NCBI GenBank assembly: GCA_036796575.1 | Contig: DAIRCR010000002.1 | Coordinates: 155,393 to 219,392, forward strand | Length of the DNA: 64,000 bases | Direction of reading: 5' to 3' | From: Candidatus Nanopelagicales bacterium | GTDB lineage: Bacteria > Actinomycetota > Actinomycetes > S36-B12 > UBA5976 | Part shown: positions 28,916 to 39,069 of the stretch, in pieces | Numbering within the stretch: position 1 is the first letter of the stretch | How the letters are laid out: every line of letters begins with the position of its first letter | The notes under the pieces: generated by a model | The model's database searches: none | The model's input: the letters and a program-made list of their open reading frames with translations, nothing else | What the model was told of the DNA's origin: nothing | Made by a program: the position numbers and the translations under genes

Positions 28916-29532
28916 TAGAGAACCGACTTTCTAGTTGTCGGTTCTACTGCATCTGGTTTCCGTAAATACATTGGTGAGACATCTACTAGCTGGGCGTTAC
29001 CGGAAACAAAAAGCTTGGCTAAAGATCCAGCTTTCAGATCTAGCAGCTCTCCATTGATCGAGTCAGGGTAAAGGTGAGCGCCAGGACCTACGAACTCAGT
29101 GTTTGGAAACTGAGCTAACAAATCTTCTGGTATTGAAACTTGTGGCTCACCTATGCGCTTATCTTCGTAACGTGCCCAGTACAACTCTTTACGCCGTGCA
29201 TCTGTAACCACTACACAAGGTTTTGCGTAATCAAGAGCAATTGCATCTAGTGAGCAAATCCCATGAATTGGAATGTTTCGGGCATGTGCAAAAACCCGGG
29301 CCGTAACGAGCCCAACTCGCAATCCCGTAAATGGCCCTGGCCCAACACCAACAACTACATCAGTTATGTCACTTATCTCTAACCCTGATTCAGCGACTAC
29401 TTGCGAAATCAACTCTGCAGTTAATTCGCCTTGCATGCCATGATCAACTGCCGGGCTCTGAGTTAGCTCACCATTGCTGCGCAAGATTGCGACACTAACG
29501 CCTGCTGATGTATCAATTGCTAAAACATTCAT
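28915..29532 (-). CDS. tsaB: t6A biosynthesis protein TsaB
   Basis: LAIDTS, GVGPGPFTGLRVG, DARRKELY, PMYLRKPDA. Confidence 0.95.
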   Translation of the reverse strand: MNVLAIDTSAGVSVAILRSNGELTQSPAVDHGMQGELTAELISQVVAESGLEISDITDVVVGVGPGPFTGLRVGLVTARVFAHARNIPIHGICSLDAIALDYAKPCVVVTDARRKELYWARYEDKRIGEPQVSIPEDLLAQFPNTEFVGPGAHLYPDSINGELLDLKAGSLAKLFVSGNAQLVDVSPMYLRKPDAVEPTTRKSVL

Positions 29533-30014
29533 ACGTTGGGCCTTACTAGATCTAAGTCTTTCCAACGATCGCCAACAGCAGTAACCGAAACCGTTCGAAT
29601 CCCGCTTGCCGGATCAGAGTCATCGCTAAGTTCTTGAGCTCTGTCTATATCTATCTCAAGCCAGTTTTCGGTAAATCCAGAAACGAACTCTTTACCCCAC
29701 TCGATTACAAAGACTGCGTTTCTTGTGGCATCCAGATCAAGATCAACTAAGTCACTCTGGCTTGAAAGTCGGTAAGCATCAACATGAACTAACGCCATTC
29801 CAGTTCTTTTAGTTTTATGTACTCGAGAAACTACAAACGTTGGGCTTGTAACAGCGCCTTGCACATCAAGCTCCTCAGCCAAACCCTGAACAAAGGTGGT
29901 TTTTCCTGCACCCAAAGGTCCGCTCAACACAACAACATCACCAGCAGTTAATAGTGCACCGATTTGTTTTCCAAATGCCTGCATTTGTTCAGATGTTGAA
30001 ACAGAAAAAGACAC
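29529..30014 (-). CDS. tsaE: t6A biosynthesis ATPase TsaE
   Basis: GPLGAGKTT, VTSPTF, HVDAYRL, IEWG; GTG start inferred. Confidence 0.93.
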   Translation of the reverse strand: MSFSVSTSEQMQAFGKQIGALLTAGDVVVLSGPLGAGKTTFVQGLAEELDVQGAVTSPTFVVSRVHKTKRTGMALVHVDAYRLSSQSDLVDLDLDATRNAVFVIEWGKEFVSGFTENWLEIDIDRAQELSDDSDPASGIRTVSVTAVGDRWKDLDLVRPNV

Positions 30015-30019
30015 AGCAC

Positions 30020-31153
30020 TTACCAAGAGTTGTTTATGAATTCGCGATGTACGCGAGGACCAATGCGAGTAATGATTTCGTAAGAGATTGTGCCAGCAGC
30101 AATGGCCCATTCCTCAACACTTGGTTCGCCTCGTTCTGGATCGCCGAACAGTACGACTTCATCGCCGAGCTGAACATCCAAGTCTCCAACGTCCAATACG
30201 AACTGATCCATACAGACGCGACCTGCAACCTTGCGAATCTCGCCGCCAACTAAAACTGGTCCATTGTTCGAGGCGCTTCTTGGCACACCATCTGCATAGC
30301 CTGCTGGGATCAAAGCCAAGGTTGTTTCAGCTTTGGTGTGGTACTGATGTGCATAAGAGACGCCAGACCCTGCTGGAACTTTCTTGAGCAACGCAATCGG
30401 AGCGCAAAGGGTCATCACTGGCTTTAAATCAAAATCAGTAGCAGCGCCAACTTCTTCACCGGGCGAAACTCCATAGGCAGCTACACCAGGTCGAACCATG
30501 TTGAAGTAAGTTTCTGGCAAAGCAAGTGTGGCTGCCGAGTTAGCTAGATGCTTAACTTCAAGTTCAAAGTTTGCCGCTTCTAACAAATCAACAGCTGTTT
30601 TGAACTCTGCAATTTGATCAGCAATTGTTGAATTGCTTGGCTCATCAGCGTAAGCAAAGTGAGACATTACGCCAACTACCTTTACGGTGCCTTCAGCTTC
30701 AGCTTTGCGAAGTGCAGAAATCAACTCTGGTAAATCGGCAAGCGTGACACCGTTTCGATTTAGCCCGGTATCAACTTTGACGTGTAGTCGAGCAATTCGA
30801 TCAACTGAATACGCTGCATTACTTATTGCCTTAAGAGTCGCAACCGAGTTAACGCCCAAGTCAATGTCGCGAGCAATACATTCCGCGAATCGATCATTTG
30901 GAGTATTCAACCAAGCAAGAATTGGACCGGGAACGTTTCCTTCGCGCAGTGCAACTGCTTCCTCAAGTAGCGCAACACCTAGATAATCGGCGCCAGCATT
31001 TACTGCAGCCTGTCCGCACTTAACTAAGCCATGTCCATATGCGTCTGCCTTTACAACAACCATCAACTTGCGGCCATCAGTGCGCGCCTTTAGAACTCGA
31101 ACATTGTGTGCCAATGCACCAAGATCAATGCGAGCAGTTACGTGTGCAGACAT
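30020..31153 (-). CDS. alr: Alanine racemase
   Basis: VVKADAYGHG, KVDTGLNR, MSHFA, GYADG, GRVCMDQ. Confidence 0.96.
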   Translation of the reverse strand: MSAHVTARIDLGALAHNVRVLKARTDGRKLMVVVKADAYGHGLVKCGQAAVNAGADYLGVALLEEAVALREGNVPGPILAWLNTPNDRFAECIARDIDLGVNSVATLKAISNAAYSVDRIARLHVKVDTGLNRNGVTLADLPELISALRKAEAEGTVKVVGVMSHFAYADEPSNSTIADQIAEFKTAVDLLEAANFELEVKHLANSAATLALPETYFNMVRPGVAAYGVSPGEEVGAATDFDLKPVMTLCAPIALLKKVPAGSGVSYAHQYHTKAETTLALIPAGYADGVPRSASNNGPVLVGGEIRKVAGRVCMDQFVLDVGDLDVQLGDEVVLFGDPERGEPSVEEWAIAAGTISYEIITRIGPRVHREFINNSW

Positions 31154-31161
31154 TTAAATAC

Positions 31162-31530
31162 CTAAACCTTCTCTGCAATTACATAAGCGATTGCAACCGG
31201 ACCATCATGACTGAGCGAGACATGCCAATTAGTTACGCCTTGGTCGTCAGCAACTTTAGCTACTGAGCCACGAACTGAAATTTGTGGTGCGCCGCCATTG
31301 CTGACCTCGCAGTCATGCCATTCCATACCAACTGGAGCACCTAATGCTTTAGCCACTGCTTCTTTAACGGCAAAGCGGCCAGCTAATGAAATCAATGGCA
31401 ATTGATGACCTTCGGCGCTAGTTTGCTCCGCTTTTGTGAATAGCCGATCGATAATTCCAGGGGTTCGCTCTACGACGCCTGAAAAGCGTGCCAAGTCCAC
31501 GACATCAACACCGATTCCAACTATGGCCAT
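31162..31530 (-). CDS. acpS: Holo-ACP synthase
   Basis: GIGVDVV, AGRFAVKEA, SLSHD. Confidence 0.94.
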   Translation of the reverse strand: MAIVGIGVDVVDLARFSGVVERTPGIIDRLFTKAEQTSAEGHQLPLISLAGRFAVKEAVAKALGAPVGMEWHDCEVSNGGAPQISVRGSVAKVADDQGVTNWHVSLSHDGPVAIAYVIAEKV

Positions 31531-31718
31531 GTCTTAACTTTGCCGTGAATACTGGATTTTTCAAACTTGGCCCAATAGATCCCAGCAATACCAAGGCAGG
31601 TAGTTATGTCATTTTTGTAACACAGGTAACTCTGGCTACAGTGGAGGTATCGGTGCTGTTGAGCGGAAGCAACAGCAACGAGTACAAGTTCGAATAAGCC
31701 ATCAGGTACTTTTTATCT

Positions 31719-32096
31719 ATGGCTACAAATATCGGCGCATACTTTGAAATCCCGGTTACTGACCTCGATCGAGCAATCAATTTCTATCAATCGCTCCTAG
31801 GTATTGAACTAGAGCGCGGCTCAATTCACGGCTACGAGATGGCGTTTTTCCCATTTGAAGATAATGGTGCCGGCATTAGCGGCGCCCTTTGTAAAGGTGA
31901 TGTTTACAAGCCTTCTATCGAAGGCTGCTTTATCTATCTATTCACTAGCGACATTGACGGAATATTGAGTAAAGCTGTTGCGCTTGGCTCAGAAATTCTT
32001 TTCGAGAAAACTGATGCGGGCGACTGTTTCGTTGCCGAAGTCAAAGATTCAGAAGGAAATCGGATTTGCTTTACGACAAGGCACCAAGCCGAGTAA
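31719..32096 (+). CDS. VOC (glyoxalase/bleomycin resistance) family protein
   Basis: YFEIPVTDLDRAINFY ... DSEGNRI. Confidence 0.85.
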   Translation: MATNIGAYFEIPVTDLDRAINFYQSLLGIELERGSIHGYEMAFFPFEDNGAGISGALCKGDVYKPSIEGCFIYLFTSDIDGILSKAVALGSEILFEKTDAGDCFVAEVKDSEGNRICFTTRHQAE

Positions 32097-32113
32097 CGAA
32101 CTACCAGTTTCTA

Positions 32114-32295
32114 TTGGTCGAATAACTTCTTTCAGAAGTAAGCGCAGGATTTTCTTGAAAAATCCTGCGCAAATAAACACTGCCGACTTGGTCGAGTAAT
32201 TGCCTCTGGCAATAAACGTAGGATTTTCTTGAAAAATCCTACGCAAATAAACACTGCTGACTTGGTTGAATAACTTCTTTCAGAAGTTATTCAAC
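32114..32295. repeat. Diverged 74-bp tandem repeat x2.4 made of hairpins; last hairpin overlaps the glmS stop
   Basis: TTGGTYGARTAA at 32114, 32188 and 32262; stems described in findings. Confidence 0.92.
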
Positions 32296-34128
32296 TGTGA
32301 CGCTCTTGGCCAAGTTTCTTGGCTGATCAACGTCGTAACCCTTAACCGTTGCCATCTCACACGAGAAAATCTGCAATGGAACTGTGGCAACTAATGGCTG
32401 CATTAAAGCTGGGACCTTTGGTAGACGAATTATGTGGTCGGAGAATTCATTAATTGATTCATCGCCCTCTTCAGCAAGCACGATAGTCAGTGCGCCGCGA
32501 GCTCGGACTTCCTGAATATTCGAAACGATCTTGTCGTGCAACTCATCATCCTGAGGTGGCACAACCACAAACACTGGGATGCCATCTTCAATCAATGCAA
32601 TCGGACCGTGCTTTAGTTCCCCGGCAGCAAAGCCTTCCGCGTGCATGTAAGCCAATTCCTTGAGCTTCAATGCACCTTCAAGTGCAACTGGGAACCCAAC
32701 ACTTCGCCCCAAGAAAAGCACGGATTGCTTGTTAATCAATTCTTTGGCAATTGCCTTAACGCCTTCAGTTGTATCCAGAACTAAGTCGATCATGCTTGGC
32801 ATGTCACTGAGCTCAAGTGCGACTGTGGCTGCATCTTTGCCGTAACCCGTTCCTCGAGTTTGGGCTAAGTACATTGCGAATAAGTAGCACGCAACAATCT
32901 GAGTTAAGAACGCCTTGGTCGAAGCCACAGCAATTTCAGGTCCAGCGTGCGTGTAAATAACGGCATCGCTTTCGCGTGGAATTGTTGAACCGTTGCTGTT
33001 ACAGATAGCCAAAACTTTGGCGCCTTGTTCGCGGGCGTAACGCATTGCCATCAAAGTGTCCATGGTTTCACCGGATTGGCTTATCGCAACGACCAAAGTT
33101 GTTGGCGTCAAAATCGGATCGCGGTATCTAAATTCGCTGGCCAACTCAACTTCACAAGGAATCCGAGTCCAGTGTTCGATTGCATACTTGGCAATCAAAC
33201 CGGAGTGATACGCCGTGCCACACGCAGTGATGATGATTTTGTCGATGGTCTTAAGGAAGGCATCGTCAAGACCTAAATCTGCAAGCGTTACTTTTCCAGA
33301 CTTATCAATGCGACCAAGCAAAGTGTCAGCAACTGCCTTTGGCTGCTCTGCAATTTCCTTAAGCATGAATAAATCAAAGCCACCCTTTTCGGCAGCAGCT
33401 GCATCCCAAGTGACTTCGTATTCGGTGTATTCAGCTGGCTTGCCATAAAAGTCAGTTACGTCAATTGAGTTAGGTGTGATCTCAACGATTTGATCCTGGC
33501 CAAGTTCAATTGCATTTCGAGTGTGGGCAATAAATGCCGCCACATCGGAAGCTAGGAAGTTTTCACCATCTCCACGTCCAACAACAAGAGGTGAATTTCG
33601 GCGCGCTGCAACGACAACATCAGGTGTATCAGCATGAACAACGACCAATGTGAAAGCACCGGTAAGAACTTGGCAAACTTCCCGAAGTGCATCAGCAAGT
33701 CCAGGTGTGGTTTTCATTTGCTTCGAAAGTAAGTGAGCCACAACTTCAGTATCAGTTTGGCTGCGAAGTGTGACGCCATCGGCAATTAACTTGTCGCGAA
33801 GCATTGCAAAGTTTTCGATAATGCCGTTATGGATAACAGCAATTGAACCATCTTCACTTACGTGCGGATGAGCATTGACATCGTTTGGAGCGCCATGCGT
33901 TGCCCAACGAGTGTGACCAATTCCAGTGTGTGATGGTGAGATTGGGCTGTCTACTAACTCAGCTTCTAGGTTGGCTAGCTTGCCAGCCTTCTTGCGAGTT
34001 TGGATTGCCTGTTCGGAAACTATTGCGATACCTGCGGAGTCATAGCCCCGGTATTCCAATCGGCGCAGGCCTTCAATGACTACATTTTGGGCTTGTTGCG
34101 GGCCGACATATCCAACGATTCCGCACAT
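32287..34128 (-). CDS. glmS: Glutamine--fructose-6-phosphate aminotransferase
   Basis: MCGIVG, EYRGYDSAG, HTRWATHG, SQSGET, PRNLAKSVTVE. Confidence 0.98.
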   Translation of the reverse strand: MCGIVGYVGPQQAQNVVIEGLRRLEYRGYDSAGIAIVSEQAIQTRKKAGKLANLEAELVDSPISPSHTGIGHTRWATHGAPNDVNAHPHVSEDGSIAVIHNGIIENFAMLRDKLIADGVTLRSQTDTEVVAHLLSKQMKTTPGLADALREVCQVLTGAFTLVVVHADTPDVVVAARRNSPLVVGRGDGENFLASDVAAFIAHTRNAIELGQDQIVEITPNSIDVTDFYGKPAEYTEYEVTWDAAAAEKGGFDLFMLKEIAEQPKAVADTLLGRIDKSGKVTLADLGLDDAFLKTIDKIIITACGTAYHSGLIAKYAIEHWTRIPCEVELASEFRYRDPILTPTTLVVAISQSGETMDTLMAMRYAREQGAKVLAICNSNGSTIPRESDAVIYTHAGPEIAVASTKAFLTQIVACYLFAMYLAQTRGTGYGKDAATVALELSDMPSMIDLVLDTTEGVKAIAKELINKQSVLFLGRSVGFPVALEGALKLKELAYMHAEGFAAGELKHGPIALIEDGIPVFVVVPPQDDELHDKIVSNIQEVRARGALTIVLAEEGDESINEFSDHIIRLPKVPALMQPLVATVPLQIFSCEMATVKGYDVDQPRNLAKSVTVE

Positions 34129-34144
34129 GCTTTGAGTCTACCGA

Positions 34145-35503
34145 TTAGCTAAGGGCGCAGTGGGTAGCGACTACTTCAGCAAGTTCTTTAGCAACTTTCT
34201 GCGCTTGATCGGCTGTGGCTGCTTCGACCATTACGCGAATCAAAGGCTCAGTTCCACTTGGGCGCAACAGAATGCGTCCAGTGCTACCAAGTTCTTGCTC
34301 CCATTTTGCAACAACCTCAGAAACTGCTGATTTTGAAACCGAATTCTTATCAACATTTGGAACATTGATCAATACCTGTGGCAAGCGATTCACAATTGCG
34401 GCCAATTCTGCCATTGATTTTCCAGTTGCTTTCATTTCCGACATCAAATGAAGCGCGGTAAGCACGCCATCACCGGTGGTCGCAAATTCGCTGAGTACTA
34501 CGTGGCCACTTTGTTCGCCACCGATAGTGAATCCACCAGTGCGCATTTCTTCAAGTACATAACGATCGCCAACTGCTGCTGTAATTACTTCGATCTCAAG
34601 CTCATTCATCGCAATGTTGAAACCCAAGTTAGACATCACAGTTGCTACAACAGTGTTTCCAACTAGAGCGCCACGAGTCTTACGGCCAGCTGCCAAGATT
34701 GCCAAGATTTGGTCACCATCAACAAAGTTGCCGTCAGCATCTACAGCCAAGCAGCGATCTGCATCACCGTCATGAGCAATACCAAGGTCTGCTCCATGCT
34801 TTACAACTGCTGCAAACAAATCATCCATGTGAGTTGAGCCGCAGTTTTCATTAATGTTCAAGCCATTAGGTTCACAGTGAATTGAGATTACTTGGGCACC
34901 CGCACGACGTAAGGCCTCTGGCCCAACTAGCGATGCTGATCCATTCGCGCCATCAACAACTACGGTTAGGCCTTCCAAAGAATTAGAAATGCTGGAGTTC
35001 AAGTGGTGCAGGTATTTTTCAACTAGGTAGTGTTCACTGCGGATTCTGCCAACACCTGCGCCGGTTGGAAGTTCGCTAACAACATCAAGGTGCGCTTCGA
35101 TGGCATCCTCGATGGCGTCGTCTAACTTGACGCCACCGCGAGCAAAGAATTTAATGCCGTTATCTGGCATTGCATTATGTGAAGCCGAAAGCATCACGCC
35201 AAGGTCAGCCCCAGTTAAGTCCGTTAAGTATGCAACGGCTGGAGTTGGCAGGATTCCTACGTCGATTACATCAACGCCAGCACTAGCCAATCCAGCACTG
35301 ATTGCAGATTGCAGGAAATCACCACTGGCACGTGGATCGCGGCCAACAATTGCAAATGGTCGATCTGATTTGTGAGAAGAGAATTCGCCACGCTCGCCTA
35401 AAACCTGCGCAGCAGCAACACCAAGATTGGTAGCTAGTTCAGCAGTTAACAGACCGTTCGCTAAACCACGAACGCCATCGGTGCCAAATAGTCGGCCCGA
35501 CAT
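34145..35503 (-). CDS. glmM: Phosphoglucosamine mutase
   Basis: FGTDGVRG, SASHN, DGDADR, GGEQSGH, RPSGTEP. Confidence 0.97.
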   Translation of the reverse strand: MSGRLFGTDGVRGLANGLLTAELATNLGVAAAQVLGERGEFSSHKSDRPFAIVGRDPRASGDFLQSAISAGLASAGVDVIDVGILPTPAVAYLTDLTGADLGVMLSASHNAMPDNGIKFFARGGVKLDDAIEDAIEAHLDVVSELPTGAGVGRIRSEHYLVEKYLHHLNSSISNSLEGLTVVVDGANGSASLVGPEALRRAGAQVISIHCEPNGLNINENCGSTHMDDLFAAVVKHGADLGIAHDGDADRCLAVDADGNFVDGDQILAILAAGRKTRGALVGNTVVATVMSNLGFNIAMNELEIEVITAAVGDRYVLEEMRTGGFTIGGEQSGHVVLSEFATTGDGVLTALHLMSEMKATGKSMAELAAIVNRLPQVLINVPNVDKNSVSKSAVSEVVAKWEQELGSTGRILLRPSGTEPLIRVMVEAATADQAQKVAKELAEVVATHCALS

Positions 35504-35506
35504 GTT

Positions 35507-36016
35507 TTAACGCTTGGAGTATTGCGGAGCCTTACGAGCCTTCTTCAGACCGTACTTCTTACGTTCCTTGATTCGTGCATCACGAGTTAGGAAGCCGGCC
35601 TTCTTAAGGTCACCGCGGTTACCTTCAACATCGATTGCGTTCAAGCAACGAGCCACGCCAAGACGCAATGCGCCAGCCTGACCGGAGATTCCGCCACCAT
35701 CGATGCGGGCGATTACGTCGTAAGCGCCTTCGAAGTTAAGAGTCTTGAATGGATCGTTAACAAGTTGCTGGTGCACCTTGTTTGGGAAGTAGTCCTCAAG
35801 GGTGCGACCGTTGATTACCCAACGACCGGTGCCTGGAACGATGCGAACGCGAGCAATAGCTTCCTTGCGACGACCGGTTGCAGCGCCAGGTGTGTCTGGT
35901 GCCTTACGTGGTTCGCGAACAGCAGCAGCTGGAGTTTCGGAAGTGTATTCCGACAACTCAACTTCAACCTCTTCGCCAAGGATGGCGTCTGTTACGTCTA
36001 CTTCGTTCTCTGACAT
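35507..36016 (-). CDS. rpsI: 30S ribosomal protein S9
   Basis: [22 protein letters not shown]. Confidence 0.98.
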   Translation of the reverse strand: MSENEVDVTDAILGEEVEVELSEYTSETPAAAVREPRKAPDTPGAATGRRKEAIARVRIVPGTGRWVINGRTLEDYFPNKVHQQLVNDPFKTLNFEGAYDVIARIDGGGISGQAGALRLGVARCLNAIDVEGNRGDLKKAGFLTRDARIKERKKYGLKKARKAPQYSKR

Positions 36017-36055
36017 GTTATTTCCCTTCGTAAAAATCTATGAATCCGCGAGCGC

Positions 36056-36499
36056 TTACTGCGCTACCTGAGAGATCTCGTATGGCTTTGGGTTTTGGGC
36101 TGCGTGTGGATGAACATCGCCTGCGTAAACCTTTAGTTTTGTGATTTGAGCATCGCTGAGCTTGTTATGCGGAAGCATTCCCTTAACGGCTTTTTCAATT
36201 GCACGACGTGGGTTTGTTGCTAGCAATTCAACATAGTTAGTCGCACGCAAACCACCTGGGAAACCAGAGTGACGGTAATCCATCTTCTGCTCAAGCTTCT
36301 GGCCAGTTAGTGCGATTTTTTCTGCATTGATAACAATGACGAAGTCGCCAGTGTCAACGTGTGGTGCAAAGATTGGCTTGTGCTTGCCGCGCAACAGCAC
36401 AGCAACTTGTGACGCTAGACGTCCTAAAACAACGTCAGTTGCATCGATTACATGCCATTCGCGATTCACATCGCCTGGCTTTGGTGAGTACGTGCGCAC
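36056..36499 (-). CDS. rplM: 50S ribosomal protein L13
   Basis: [21 protein letters not shown]. Confidence 0.98.
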   Translation of the reverse strand: MRTYSPKPGDVNREWHVIDATDVVLGRLASQVAVLLRGKHKPIFAPHVDTGDFVIVINAEKIALTGQKLEQKMDYRHSGFPGGLRATNYVELLATNPRRAIEKAVKGMLPHNKLSDAQITKLKVYAGDVHPHAAQNPKPYEISQVAQ

Positions 36500-36575
36500 A
36501 GTGAGCCTTCTTTGTCTAAATAAATGGGGTTTAAATTGCTAGTTTTCCTTATGCCTAAAGGCACAACGAATCCTT

Positions 36576-36611
36576 AGATTACCTGTATTTCTGGGCGTGG
36601 GTCAAAACGAG
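36576..36611 (-). promoter_or_regulatory. SigA-type promoter of rplM
   Basis: Minus strand TTGACC-N18-TAATCT; upstream 12-mer identical to the rpsL promoter. Confidence 0.65.
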
Positions 36612-36713
36612 GTTGAACCTCTGGGGTAGGCTGGGAGTTAAGAAATCCGCCAAAACAAGGCATTTTGCCCAAATCTGCCTGGCGGCGACCAAAAAGGGAT
36701 GTGCTAAAGCCGC

Positions 36714-37937
36714 ATGAAAGTCAGCCGGCGCCCCCTTTACCTGCTCGAGGGAGCAAACGCCCTGTCCGGGCTCAGTAACGCGATTGCCATCATCACGGTT
36801 CCGTGGCTCATCTTTGAGCGCACCGGATCAGCTACCCAAGCGGGCATTGTGGTCGCGGCATCTGCGATTCCAGGAATCATCATTTCGCCGTTTGTTGGCG
36901 CATTAATCGATCACTACGGTCGCAAGCGAGTTTCTATTGGTTCCGACTTGCTGTCAGCACTGTCAGTAATGCTGTTTCCAATTTGGGATTCACTTTTTGG
37001 TTTAACGTTCGCATCGATCGCAACATTTGCAGTGCTTGGCGCAGCATTTGATCCAGCTGGTTACACCGCCCGTAAGTCTTTGATTCCCGATGTAGCAAAA
37101 GCCAGCAACACTTCCATGGACAAACTTAACTCTTGGCATGAAGCAGTGTTTTCTGGTGGCTGGGTGTTGGGACCTGCAATAGGTGCGATAGCTATCTCAC
37201 TTTTTGGTGCCGCGAACTCAATGTGGATTGTTTTTGTTGCATTTATTCTGGCCATAATTTTGATCTCAATGTTGCATGTAGGTGATCTTGGCCTGGAACA
37301 TCGCGAGGAGATTGGCGACCAAGAAAAGTTTTGGACGAGTACGTTACGAGGCTTACAGGTTTTGAAATCTGATAAGGCAATGTACTACTTAACTCTGTCA
37401 ATTGTTTTCTTGGCCATGGTTTACCTGCCTACCGAGTCAGTTGTTTTACCCAAGTACTTTTCAGATATTGATGATCCGCGAGGCTATGGTTACGTGTTGT
37501 CATCAATGGCAGCCGGAGGCATCGTAACGACCCTCGCTTATCCAAAGTTAGTGAAGCATTTTAAGAAACGAACTATCGTCATCGGAGCGCTAGCTGCAAC
37601 TTCGGTTGCCATGATTCCGATGACTTTCTTTCCGCCAATTGGATTGTTCGTACTCGCTGGATTCTTACTTGGGCTTGGTTGGGGTCCAATGAATCCGCTC
37701 ATGAATTCCGTGGTTCAACAACGAGTTGCGCCGCACATTCAAGGCCGAGTATTTGGCGTGCAAACTTCCCTGTTCTATGCCAGCGGACCGATCGGAATGT
37801 TTGTAACTGGTGTGAGTGTTGATGCATTTGGTGTACGTCCGGTCTATATTGCAGCAGTTTCAATCCTGATTGTCTTCCAGCTATTCATAATGTTGTTACC
37901 AGATCTCCGCGATTTAGATCGTGAAGCGCAATACTAA
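36714..37937 (+). CDS. MFS transporter (Tap/MefA-like H+ antiporter type)
   Basis: About 12 hydrophobic segments, GALIDHYGRKR motif A, QGRVFG. Confidence 0.85.
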   Translation: MKVSRRPLYLLEGANALSGLSNAIAIITVPWLIFERTGSATQAGIVVAASAIPGIIISPFVGALIDHYGRKRVSIGSDLLSALSVMLFPIWDSLFGLTFASIATFAVLGAAFDPAGYTARKSLIPDVAKASNTSMDKLNSWHEAVFSGGWVLGPAIGAIAISLFGAANSMWIVFVAFILAIILISMLHVGDLGLEHREEIGDQEKFWTSTLRGLQVLKSDKAMYYLTLSIVFLAMVYLPTESVVLPKYFSDIDDPRGYGYVLSSMAAGGIVTTLAYPKLVKHFKKRTIVIGALAATSVAMIPMTFFPPIGLFVLAGFLLGLGWGPMNPLMNSVVQQRVAPHIQGRVFGVQTSLFYASGPIGMFVTGVSVDAFGVRPVYIAAVSILIVFQLFIMLLPDLRDLDREAQY

Positions 37938-37941
37938 ATAC

Positions 37942-39066
37942 ATGAGTCGACCTACTCTCGATAACTGGATGCTGCCCGGCAATACTTTTTGGTCATTTCG
38001 ACATGTTCGGGAATTGATTCCTACTGCGCAGGTTGATTGCGCCAACTCACCTCGAGAGCTCAACAAGAAAATCAATTCCGCACTTGGTGATGTTTCAGTA
38101 GAAACTCACATTGGCACAAAGACAATTTCCGAGTACCTGCCAAGTTCCAGCACTGACTCGTTCACTGTGGCTAAAGGTGAAGATTTGGTTTTCGAATGGC
38201 TAGCTCCAGGAGTTAGCGATGTTGAACCACATTTGATTTTTAGCGTTACCAAATCATTCACTGGAATGCTCGTGGGTTCTTTGGTGCAAGAAGGCTTAAT
38301 CGATGTTGATGCCTTAGTTACCAAATATGTCCCGGAGATTTCTGACAGCGGCTTTGGCGATGCAACAGTTCGTAACTTGCTAGACATGGCTGCCAGCTAT
38401 CAATTCGAAGAGGACTACACCCCCGGTCCAGACATCATTGCTTATCGCCATTCTGTTGGTTGGTATCCAGCGCCACTAGGTTCACCAAACTTGCATGACT
38501 TCATCGCTTCCCGAAAGAAAGAAGGCGAACACGGGCAGAAGTTCCGTTACATGTCACCAACAACTGATTTGGTTGGTTGGGTAATTGAAGCAGCCAGTGG
38601 CATGCCATATGCCGAAGCGCTATCTAAATTTATTTGGAGCAAGATTGGGTCAGAGGCTCCAGGTCACATCACTGTCGATCGCCAAGGCTCTCCCCGAGCT
38701 GCTGGCGGACTGTCGGTAATCCCCCGAGACTTAGTTCGCTTTGGCATGATGATGCGCGATGGTGGCATGGGAACTGTTGATCCAACCTTCCTCGAAGATG
38801 CCTTCCAGGGTGGCAGCGACGAGCAATGGGCAACTGGCGACTTCAAGGATTTCTTTGTTGGTGGGCGCTACCGATCCTTCTGTTACAAACCAGGGGTAGA
38901 TCCAGATGTGATCATGGGTATCGGAATTCACGGTCAGATGCTTTATGTTGATCGCCCGCGCGGAGTTGTTGTTGCCAAGCAGTCGTCTTGGCCAAACCCA
39001 GACTCAGAAGAAATGCACCTCGATGCATTTCACGCCTGCCGGGCAATCGCCCACGCTCTTGGCTAG
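37942..39066 (+). CDS. Serine hydrolase, NylB (6-aminohexanoate-dimer hydrolase)-like, beta-lactamase class C fold
   Basis: PTLDNW, SVTK, EDY, FRYMSPTTD, GIGIHGQ, KQSSWP. Confidence 0.85.
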   Translation: MSRPTLDNWMLPGNTFWSFRHVRELIPTAQVDCANSPRELNKKINSALGDVSVETHIGTKTISEYLPSSSTDSFTVAKGEDLVFEWLAPGVSDVEPHLIFSVTKSFTGMLVGSLVQEGLIDVDALVTKYVPEISDSGFGDATVRNLLDMAASYQFEEDYTPGPDIIAYRHSVGWYPAPLGSPNLHDFIASRKKEGEHGQKFRYMSPTTDLVGWVIEAASGMPYAEALSKFIWSKIGSEAPGHITVDRQGSPRAAGGLSVIPRDLVRFGMMMRDGGMGTVDPTFLEDAFQGGSDEQWATGDFKDFFVGGRYRSFCYKPGVDPDVIMGIGIHGQMLYVDRPRGVVVAKQSSWPNPDSEEMHLDAFHACRAIAHALG

Positions 39067-39069
39067 CTT

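Noticed and set aside
34129-34144. glmS ribozyme
   Set aside because: Only 16 bp separate glmM and glmS, leaving no room for it
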